A DNA stretch of 64,000 bases from Elusimicrobiota bacterium (lineage in GTDB: Bacteria; Elusimicrobiota; Elusimicrobia; Elusimicrobiales; UBA9959), in NCBI GenBank assembly GCA_009773155.1, contig WOVA01000009.1:82-64081 (forward strand), in the 5' to 3' direction. Made by a program: the position numbers and the translations under genes. A model generated the notes under the pieces. That model ran no database searches. It had not been told where the DNA came from and saw nothing but the letters and a program-made list of their open reading frames with translations. Shown here one piece after another: positions 19,589 through 27,147 of this stretch; the first letter of the stretch is position 1; every line of letters starts with the position of its first letter.

Positions 19589-20302
19589 TTACAATTTTGA
19601 CGCGCGCCGGGCAAGCAGGCGCATCAGTCCCAGCGCCTGTTTCAGCCCGGCTATGTCCTGGACGGCGCGCCTGACCTGGGCCGGAGACTTGCCGCCGCCG
19701 GTGCGCTCGAGGAAGGCCGCTATCTCTTCGGCCGCGGCCTCGAGTTCACGCGGGGACGCCTCCGGCTTCTCCCGCCCGGCGGCCCCGCGCGTCGCGCCCG
19801 CGTCCCTCCCCGCCAGCTCATAGCAGACCACGGCCACGGCGTGCCCCAGGTTCATCGAGGGCTGCGCGTCATCGGTAGGGACCGCTATGATGGCCCGGCA
19901 ATGCGAGAGGTCAGCTTCCGTCAGGCCGTGTTTCTCCGGCCCGAATACTAGCGCGGTCCGCCCGCCGCCAGAGTTCTTCCTTATATATCGCGCGGCCAGC
20001 GGCAGCGGTATGACTTCCCTGTCCGGGCTGCGCCTGTTGAGCGCGGAAGTCCCCAGCACCAGCGAACAGCCATCCGCCGCGGAAGGGATGGACCCGGATA
20101 CAGCCGCCCGCTCCAGTAGATGTCCGGCCCCGACCGCCGCCCGGTTCTCAGTCAGCGCCTCTTTCCAGACCGGCGGGTGGGGCGCGGCCACTGCCAGGTC
20201 CGACAGGCCGAAGTTAGCCATGGCCCTGGCCACGGCCCCGATATTTATAGGGTTCCGCGGGCGGGCCAGTATTATCCTTAGAGGGATCGCTTTTGGGGTC
20301 AC
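19589..20302 (-). CDS. trmJ: SpoU/TrmJ-LasT family tRNA methyltransferase
   Basis: NIGAVARAMANFG, LVFGPEKHGL and PSMNLGHAV; GTG start inferred at 20302. Confidence 0.8.
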   Translation of the reverse strand: MTPKAIPLRIILARPRNPINIGAVARAMANFGLSDLAVAAPHPPVWKEALTENRAAVGAGHLLERAAVSGSIPSAADGCSLVLGTSALNRRSPDREVIPLPLAARYIRKNSGGGRTALVFGPEKHGLTEADLSHCRAIIAVPTDDAQPSMNLGHAVAVVCYELAGRDAGATRGAAGREKPEASPRELEAAAEEIAAFLERTGGGKSPAQVRRAVQDIAGLKQALGLMRLLARRASKL

Positions 20303-20334
20303 GTTATATTCTACCAAACGAGCCGGCACAGGTG

Positions 20335-20395
20335 GGGTCAAAGGGCCTATGGACGCATAGGACCTTTGGTCCTTGCGAAATAGGGCTTTTGTCCA
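20335..20395. promoter_or_regulatory. Three GGNNN-WWW-GNNCC boxes spaced 23-25 bp (candidate regulator sites)
   Basis: gggtc-aaa-gggcc (20335), ggacc-ttt-ggtcc (20360) and gggct-ttt-gtcca (20383); a similar pair occurs at 39569-39607. Confidence 0.4.
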
Positions 20396-20518
20396 TAAGG
20401 TATATCTGCCGTGTGTAATCCCCGGGATAGGCCGGGGAGTATCCACCTCCGGACCTTAATCCGGATTCACCACTCGGCGCGGAATACCAGGCGTTGTAAG
20501 TCTTGCTGAGGTGGATAT

Positions 20519-21511
20519 ATGGCCCGTTCAGCGTCGAATCGTGTCGCGGCAGTCCTGAAGTCCGTTATCGCATCGTTCCTCCTTTCCGTGTTCCTTTATG
20601 CCCCGGCGCGTGCCGGCGAAGCTTTCGATTCGCTGGTTGCCCTGACCGCGGCGTCCGAAGCCTCCGCTTTCCTTTCACCCCTGCCGGAGACGGAACTTCC
20701 CGAAGCCACGCTGCTCCGCCTTGCCCCGGGCCTCAGCGTCTATTTCGTGAGCGTCGGCCAGGGCGACGCCATATACATGGAGTTCCCCGACGGGAAGAAC
20801 GCCCTGATAGACGGCGGCCCCGCTTCTTCTTCCTCCGGTCCGCTGGCGCTCTTCCTTAAAGAGCGCGGCGTGTCTTCCATAGACCACGTCGTACTGACCC
20901 ACCCGCACGCCGATCACTACAAGGGGCTGCAGCACGTCTTCTCCAACTATACCGTGGGAGCCTTCTACGACACCCGCGTCGACAATTCCGGCGCTACCGG
21001 CGACGACACTCTCAGGTCGGCGGTGGCGGCGCTGGGAGTCACGACCTACCACCCCGCGCCGGGCGACACCCTCGACTGGTCCGCGGGCGCGGAGATCGAA
21101 GTGCTCAACTCCTGCCACGAGCCTTTCTCCAGCAAGAACAGCGAGACGCTCAATGACTGCTCTATTGTGCTGCGCCTGGCCTACGGCGAGGCCTCCCTCC
21201 TCTTCACCGGCGACGCCGGGGAGAAGGTGGAGGAGCGGCTGGTGGAGGAGTACGGCGACGCTCTCCGCTCCAGGGTGCTTAAAGTCGGCCATCACGGCAG
21301 CAGGTATTCGTCCACCTCCGCTTTCCTCGCGGCCGTGCGGCCGGAGCTGGCCTATATCAGTGTCGGCAAGAATAACTACGACCATCCCCATGCCGATGCC
21401 CGCTCCCGCCTGCTGGAGGCCGGCGCCGAGATCTTCCGCACCGACCTCTCCGGGACGCAGGAGTTCCTGGCTCCCCTTCCTCTTCTTTGCATGGCCGAAG
21501 CCGCCGAATAG
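20519..21511 (+). CDS. Exported MBL-fold hydrolase (ComEC/Rec2-like beta-lactamase domain)
   Basis: VGQGDA, LIDGG, THPHADH, NDCSIV, FTGD, KVGHHGS and HP; signal peptide. Confidence 0.88.
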   Translation: MARSASNRVAAVLKSVIASFLLSVFLYAPARAGEAFDSLVALTAASEASAFLSPLPETELPEATLLRLAPGLSVYFVSVGQGDAIYMEFPDGKNALIDGGPASSSSGPLALFLKERGVSSIDHVVLTHPHADHYKGLQHVFSNYTVGAFYDTRVDNSGATGDDTLRSAVAALGVTTYHPAPGDTLDWSAGAEIEVLNSCHEPFSSKNSETLNDCSIVLRLAYGEASLLFTGDAGEKVEERLVEEYGDALRSRVLKVGHHGSRYSSTSAFLAAVRPELAYISVGKNNYDHPHADARSRLLEAGAEIFRTDLSGTQEFLAPLPLLCMAEAAE

Positions 21512-21534
21512 CGCGGTCATATATAAAGTGTAGA

Positions 21535-21568
21535 CGGGGGGCGCGACAACGTAGTGTCGCACCCCCCG
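21535..21568. terminator. GC-rich hairpin between convergent genes (terminator or REP-like)
   Basis: cggggggcgcgaca-acgtag-tgtcgcaccccccg, 13 of 14 bp paired, preceded by GTAG at 21530. Confidence 0.55.
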
Positions 21569-21597
21569 CCCTTATTTCCCCTTCTTTAAAAGCGATT

Positions 21598-22350
21598 TTA
21601 AAGCGTTTCTATGGTTTCCGCTTCGGCGTAGAAGGCCGCGTGGTCCGAAAGGTTGCGCCAGGCGCCGGCGTGCAGGGCGCTCGCTTCCAGCACCCGCAGC
21701 CCCCGCAGGTATATCCTGTCCAGGGGGAAGCAGGGGAAGGCGCAGGGGAAGGTGCGCAGCTTGGCCCCGTGCAGTTCATATCCGGCGTCGCTCATCCCCA
21801 GCCTGGTCTCCAGTTCGTCGCGCTTCTTCTTGCGCCATTCGTTGAAGTCGCCCGCCACCACCAGCGGCTCGCCCGGGGGCACGTGCTTCTCCAGGTAGCC
21901 GGCTATCAGCGAGAGCTGCTTGACCCGCGAGACGCGCAGCAGCCCCAGGTGCACGCAGAGCGTGTGCAGCGTCCGGCCGCCGGGCAGCTCCAGCGCCGCG
22001 TAGAGCGAGCCGCGCTTCTCCAGCCGGTTGGTGGAGATGTCGGTCCGTTCGGTGAGCAGTATCGGGAACCTTGAAACGATCGCGTTGCCGTGATGGCCCG
22101 CGGCGTAGACCGCGTTGCGGCCGTAGACATGGTCGAAGCCGGCGGCCCCGGCCAGGTACTCGTGCTGGGGCCGGGAGGGCCAATGGGCGTATTTCGCCGC
22201 CTTGCGCACGTTCTCCCCCACCGCCTCCTGCAGGAAGATCACGTCCGCCCCGGTGGCGTGGATGCATTTTTCCAGCGCCGGCAGCGAAAAACGGCGGTTG
22301 AGCGGCGAGAAGCCCTTGTGCAGGTTTATAGTCAGGAATTTCAGTCGCAT
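21598..22350 (-). CDS. Endonuclease/exonuclease/phosphatase family protein (YbhP-like)
   Basis: TINLHKG, LQE, HHGNAIVSRFP, VHLGL, GDFNEW, LDRIY and SDH. Confidence 0.9.
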   Translation of the reverse strand: MRLKFLTINLHKGFSPLNRRFSLPALEKCIHATGADVIFLQEAVGENVRKAAKYAHWPSRPQHEYLAGAAGFDHVYGRNAVYAAGHHGNAIVSRFPILLTERTDISTNRLEKRGSLYAALELPGGRTLHTLCVHLGLLRVSRVKQLSLIAGYLEKHVPPGEPLVVAGDFNEWRKKKRDELETRLGMSDAGYELHGAKLRTFPCAFPCFPLDRIYLRGLRVLEASALHAGAWRNLSDHAAFYAEAETIETL

Positions 22351-22492
22351 TTTCCTCTCCCCATCCCCAGATTATACCCCCCAAGGCCGTGATTGTCCAC
22401 CGGTATAAGGATTTAGTATCATATAAGCAAGGTCCCCCAAGGACCGGGCCGGCCAAACCGGCCAATCCAGAGTATCCAGGAGCACACCGAAC

Positions 22493-25285
22493 ATGCCCAA
22501 AACGGCCGTTATGAAAAAACCAGCGCAGAAAGTCAGCAAGTCTTCTCTTTCCAAGAAACTCGTGTACTTTTTCGGCGGCGGCAAAGCCGACGGCAAAGAG
22601 TCCATGAAGAACCTGCTCGGCGGCAAGGGCGCCAACCTCGCCGAGATGGCCGGCCACCCGGCCCTTAAGCTCCCCGTTCCCCCGGGCTTCACCATCACCA
22701 CCGAGCTCTGCGCCTACTACTGGGCCAACAAGCGCGCCTACCCCAGGCAGCTCAAGGCCGAGGTCGAGAAGAACCTGCGCCGCATCGAGGAACTGACCGG
22801 CAAGAAGTTCGGCGACCCCAAAAACCCGCTGCTCGTCTCCGTGCGCTCCGGCGCCCGAAAGTCGATGCCGGGCATGATGGAGACCATACTCAACTGCGGT
22901 CTCACCGAAGCGACGATCCCCGGCCTCATAGAGCTCACCAAGAACCCCCGCTTCGTCTACGATTCCTACCGCCGCCTGATCATGATGTACTCCGACGTCG
23001 TCATGGAGAAGGGCGCGGGCATCGAGGCCGAGGATAATAACGGCATCCGCAAGCAGCTCGAGCGCGTCATGGACGCCATGAAGCAGAAGCGCGGCGCCAA
23101 GTCCGACACCGACCTCAAGGCCGGGGACCTCAAGGAGCTCACCGTCCTCTTCAAGGCGAAGATCAAGGAAGTTCTGGGCAAGGAATTCCCGGACGACCAC
23201 ATGGCCCAGCTCTGGGGCTCGATCGGCGCCGTGTTCGCCTCCTGGATGGGCAACAAGGCCGTGCAGTACCGCAAGATCGAGAAGATCCCCGCCGAGTGGG
23301 GCACCGCCGTCAACGTGCAGTCGATGGTGTTCGGCAACATGGGCGACACCTCCGCCACCGGCGTGGCCTTCACCCGCGACCCCGGCACCGGCGAGAACTA
23401 CTTCTACGGCGAGTTCCTGGAGAACGCGCAGGGCGAGGACGTCGTGGCCGGCATCCGCACCCCGCACCCGGTCAACAGCCAGAGCCGCAACGAGAAGTCC
23501 AGGCATCTCAAGACCATGGAAGAGATGATGCCCGCCTGCTACAGGGAGCTGGCCGCCATCCGCGCCAAGCTCGAGAAGCATTACCGGGACATGCTCGACG
23601 TCGAATTCACCGTCGAGAACGGCCGCCTCTGGATGCTGCAGTGCCGCGTGGGCAAGCGCAACGGCCCGGCCGCCGTACGCATGGCGCTCGACATGTACAG
23701 GGAGAAGCTGGCCACCCGCGACGAGGTGTTGCACCGCGTCACCGGCGACCAGCTCAACGAGCTCCTGCTCCCCATCATAGACCCCAAGGCCGAGGCGACC
23801 ACCCGGCCGCTGGGCAAGGGCCTCCCGGCCGGCCCCGGCGGAGCCGTGGGTATGGTGGTCTTCAACGCCGCCGACGCCGTGAAGTGGAATAAAGAAGGCA
23901 AGAAGGTCATCCTCGTCCGCGAGGAGACCAACCCCGAGGACGTCGAGGGCATGAGGGCCGCCGAGGCCATACTGACCGCCCGCGGCGGCATGACCAGCCA
24001 CGCGGCGCTCGTAGCCCGCGGCTGGGGCAAGTGCTGCGTGGTAGGCTGCGACGCCATCGAGCTAGAACACGGCACCAAGGCCTTCAAGATCGGCTCCGAG
24101 ACCGTGAAAGAGGGCGACTGGGTCTCGCTCAACGGTTCCAAGGGCACCATCTACAAGGGCAAGATGCCGCTGGTCGAGCCCGGCGCCGAGACCAAGAAGA
24201 CCCTGGGCGAATTCCTGAAGCTCTGCAACCAGGTGCGCGCGCTGAAAGTCTGGACCAACGCGGACACCCCCGCGGATTCCGCGCAGGCCCGCGAGTACGG
24301 CGCCGAGGGCATCGGCCTGTTCCGCATAGAGCACATGTTCTACGGCAAGGGCTCCGACGCGGCGCTGTTCCAGCTGCGCAAGATGATCATGTCGAAGACT
24401 CTCGAGGAGCGCAAGGCCGCCCTCAACGACCTCTTCCCGTACATGAAGAACGACCTCAAGGCTACCTTCAAGGTGATGGAAGGCATGCACGTGACGGTCC
24501 GCCTGATGGACCCGCCGCTGCATGAGTTCGTCCCCCACCAGAAGGAGAAGCTGCAGGAGCTGGGCCAGGCGCTGGGCATCTCCTACGAGGAGCTCGAGAC
24601 GCGCGCCACCGCGCTGCGCGAGTCCAACCCGATGATGGGCCACCGCGGCGTGCGCCTGGGCGTCACCTATCCCGAGATCACCGAGATGCAGACCCGCGCC
24701 ATACTGGAAGCGGCCGCCGAGCTGATCAAGGAAGGCGTCAAGGTGTACCCGGATATCATGATCCCGGTCGTCTCCCTCGAGAACGAGGTGACGGACCAGA
24801 CCGCGATCATCCACCGCACCTACGCCGAGGTCTACAAGAAGCACGGCGTGAAGGTGAACTACATGGTCGGCACGATGATAGAGATCCCGCGCGCCTGCCT
24901 GCTGGCCGGCCGCCTGGCCGAGACCATGGAGTTCTTCTCCTTCGGCACCAACGACCTCACGCAGATGACGTTCGGTTATTCCCGCGACGACTCGGGGTAC
25001 TTCCTTAAGGAGTACATCGACAAGAAGATCATCCCGGTCGATCCGTTCCAGACGATAGACCAGGACGGCGTGGGCGAGCTGATCAAGATCACGGTCGAGC
25101 GCGGCCGCAAGACCCGCAAGGACCTCAAGATCGGCATCTGCGGCGAGCAGGGCGGCGAGCCGGTTTCCGTGGAGTTCTGCCACAAGGCCGGGCTCAACTA
25201 CGTGAGCTGCTCCCCGTTCCGCGTTCCGATAGCCATACTGTCGGCCGCGCAGGCGCAGTTGAGGTTCCCCCGGAAGAACAAGTAG
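22493..25285 (+). CDS. ppdK: Pyruvate, phosphate dikinase
   Basis: LLGGKGANLAEM, SVRSGA, GGMTSHAA (phospho-His), GTMIEIPRA and FSFGTNDLTQ. Confidence 0.97.
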   Translation: MPKTAVMKKPAQKVSKSSLSKKLVYFFGGGKADGKESMKNLLGGKGANLAEMAGHPALKLPVPPGFTITTELCAYYWANKRAYPRQLKAEVEKNLRRIEELTGKKFGDPKNPLLVSVRSGARKSMPGMMETILNCGLTEATIPGLIELTKNPRFVYDSYRRLIMMYSDVVMEKGAGIEAEDNNGIRKQLERVMDAMKQKRGAKSDTDLKAGDLKELTVLFKAKIKEVLGKEFPDDHMAQLWGSIGAVFASWMGNKAVQYRKIEKIPAEWGTAVNVQSMVFGNMGDTSATGVAFTRDPGTGENYFYGEFLENAQGEDVVAGIRTPHPVNSQSRNEKSRHLKTMEEMMPACYRELAAIRAKLEKHYRDMLDVEFTVENGRLWMLQCRVGKRNGPAAVRMALDMYREKLATRDEVLHRVTGDQLNELLLPIIDPKAEATTRPLGKGLPAGPGGAVGMVVFNAADAVKWNKEGKKVILVREETNPEDVEGMRAAEAILTARGGMTSHAALVARGWGKCCVVGCDAIELEHGTKAFKIGSETVKEGDWVSLNGSKGTIYKGKMPLVEPGAETKKTLGEFLKLCNQVRALKVWTNADTPADSAQAREYGAEGIGLFRIEHMFYGKGSDAALFQLRKMIMSKTLEERKAALNDLFPYMKNDLKATFKVMEGMHVTVRLMDPPLHEFVPHQKEKLQELGQALGISYEELETRATALRESNPMMGHRGVRLGVTYPEITEMQTRAILEAAAELIKEGVKVYPDIMIPVVSLENEVTDQTAIIHRTYAEVYKKHGVKVNYMVGTMIEIPRACLLAGRLAETMEFFSFGTNDLTQMTFGYSRDDSGYFLKEYIDKKIIPVDPFQTIDQDGVGELIKITVERGRKTRKDLKIGICGEQGGEPVSVEFCHKAGLNYVSCSPFRVPIAILSAAQAQLRFPRKNK

Positions 25286-25304
25286 TCTTCGCGGGTCAGC
25301 AGCA

Positions 25305-25337
25305 GGGGCCGGCCGGCCCTGTCGGGCGGCCGGCCCC
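25305..25337 (+). terminator. Stable hairpin downstream of ppdK
   Basis: ggggccggccg-gccc-tgtc-ggg-cggccggcccc; weak U tract. Confidence 0.45.
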
Positions 25338-25355
25338 CTCGATTTTGAAGGGACA

Positions 25356-26006
25356 GTGAAGAAGAACGGACAGAAATATTTCCCCCTCGTGGTCTCCGCC
25401 CCTTCCGGCGGCGGCAAGTCCACGGTCAGGACGGAACTGCTCAAGCGCGATCCCCGCTTCGGCTTCAGCATCACCTGCACCACCCGCGCCCCCCGGCCGG
25501 GAGAGAAGGACGGGCGGGACTATTATTTCGTGAGCGCGCGAGAGTTCGACAACCTGAGGAAGGACGGCAAGCTGCTGGAGTGGGCCAATGTGCACGGCAA
25601 TCTTTACGGCACGCCGGTCAAGTCGGTGCGCGACGTGCTGGCCGGCGGCCGCATCCCGGTCATGACCATAGACGTGAAGGGCGCGCGCTCGGTGCGCCGC
25701 CTCTTCCCCGAGGCCGTGACGGTCTTCCTGCTGCCGCCCTCCCTGGATACGCTGCGCCGCCGGCTGGCCGGGCGCGGCGAGGCGCCGGAGAGCATCAGCG
25801 TGCGCATGCGCACGGCCGCGGCCGAGCTGAGCGAGGCGCGTAGCTTCGGCTACATCGTCTACAACGACACGCTGGAGAAGGCCGTCGAGGACGTGATAGG
25901 CATCGCCGACGCGGAGTGCCGCCGGGCCCGCCTCAACATGGACGCCGTTAAAAGATTCGAAACAGACCTGAAGAAACTTAATTCCCCGCGACGGAGGAAA
26001 AAATGA
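25356..26006 (+). CDS. gmk: Guanylate kinase
   Basis: SAPSGGGKST, TTRAPRPGE.DG.DYYF and HGNLYGT; GTG start. Confidence 0.95.
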   Translation: MKKNGQKYFPLVVSAPSGGGKSTVRTELLKRDPRFGFSITCTTRAPRPGEKDGRDYYFVSAREFDNLRKDGKLLEWANVHGNLYGTPVKSVRDVLAGGRIPVMTIDVKGARSVRRLFPEAVTVFLLPPSLDTLRRRLAGRGEAPESISVRMRTAAAELSEARSFGYIVYNDTLEKAVEDVIGIADAECRRARLNMDAVKRFETDLKKLNSPRRRKK

Positions 26007-26296
26007 CCATTGAAAAGATCAGCGATACCGAGCTCCTCGAGAAGAAGATCTGCGACTACGGGACCTCGAAGTACAAGGACCTGGTGGTGGCGATGACATG
26101 GGCGCGCGTCATAAAGCGCCAGGAGGAGAACCGGACCCTTCCGATGGCGCAGCTCATAGAAAAAGCGCTGCTGGATATAGTCGACAATCGCATTACCCCC
26201 GAGCATGTGGAAGAAGCCACGGTCAAGCAGGCCGCCGACGCCGCCGCGCGCGACTCCGCCCCCCGGCGCCGCGAGCCCCGCATCTCCGTCGATTGA
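26003..26296 (+). CDS. rpoZ: Probable RNA polymerase omega subunit (divergent)
   Basis: Coupled to gmk (conserved gmk-rpoZ synteny); SKY..VVA...AR and ..KALLDI resemble omega motifs. Confidence 0.6.
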   Translation: MTIEKISDTELLEKKICDYGTSKYKDLVVAMTWARVIKRQEENRTLPMAQLIEKALLDIVDNRITPEHVEEATVKQAADAAARDSAPRRREPRISVD

Positions 26297-26305
26297 GGCC
26301 GCGCG

Positions 26306-27115
26306 ATGAAGAAAGCGCTGGCCCGCGACCTCGCCGCCCATATCAGGCGCATCGACGAGGAACTGCATCTCTCACCGCATGAGCTGCCCGGCGGGGCCGC
26401 CGCCCGGCCCCTCAAGAAACCCGCCGCCCGTCGGCCCGCCGCCGCGGCGTCCGCGCCGGCCTCCGCGCCGGTCCCGGCCTCCTCTTTCGGCGAGCTGGAG
26501 AAGGAAGTGAAGTCCTGCCGCCGCTGCGCGCTGGGCAGCCACCGTCTCAACGCCGTGTTCGGCGTGGGCTCGCCTAAGGCGAGGGTGATGTTCGTCGGCG
26601 AGGGCCCCGGCTTCCAGGAAGACCACCAGGGCGAGCCTTTCGTGGGCCGCTCCGGCCAGCTGCTCGACAAGATACTCGATACCGTCCTGGGCCTGAAGCG
26701 TTCCGAAGTCTACATCGCCAATATAGTCAAGTGCCACCCGATGGTCAACCCGGACAACCCGGAGAGCCACGGCAACGACCGCCCCCCGTCGCCCGAGGAG
26801 ATAGCGGTATGCCGTCCCTACCTGGAGCGTCAGATCGCGCTGATCAAGCCGGGCTGCATAGTGACGCTCGGCTCGGTGGCGACCAAGGTCCTGCTGGGCG
26901 TGGAGGAAGGTATCTCCAAGATCCGGGGCAAGTGGTACGTCTATCCCCGGAACCTGTTCGGCGGCGACGCCGATATAAAGCTTCTGCCTACCTATCATCC
27001 CGCCGCGCTACTGCGCAATCCCAAACTTAAGCTGGATACCTGGGAGGACATGAAAATGCTCAAGTCTTTCCTGGAGTCCGAAGCCGGCGGAGGCGCCGGC
27101 CCCATGGCCGGCTGA
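26306..27115 (+). CDS. Uracil-DNA glycosylase family 4 (4Fe-4S)
   Basis: CRRC, VGEGPG, PFVGRSGQLL, NIVKC and TYHPAALLR. Confidence 0.92.
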   Translation: MKKALARDLAAHIRRIDEELHLSPHELPGGAAARPLKKPAARRPAAAASAPASAPVPASSFGELEKEVKSCRRCALGSHRLNAVFGVGSPKARVMFVGEGPGFQEDHQGEPFVGRSGQLLDKILDTVLGLKRSEVYIANIVKCHPMVNPDNPESHGNDRPPSPEEIAVCRPYLERQIALIKPGCIVTLGSVATKVLLGVEEGISKIRGKWYVYPRNLFGGDADIKLLPTYHPAALLRNPKLKLDTWEDMKMLKSFLESEAGGGAGPMAG

Positions 27116-27147
27116 CCCGCCGGTTTCTTCCGCAGTCCTCCGGAGCG

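Noticed and set aside
21776-25483. 741-aa and 473-aa minus-strand ORFs
   Set aside because: Antisense shadows of ppdK.
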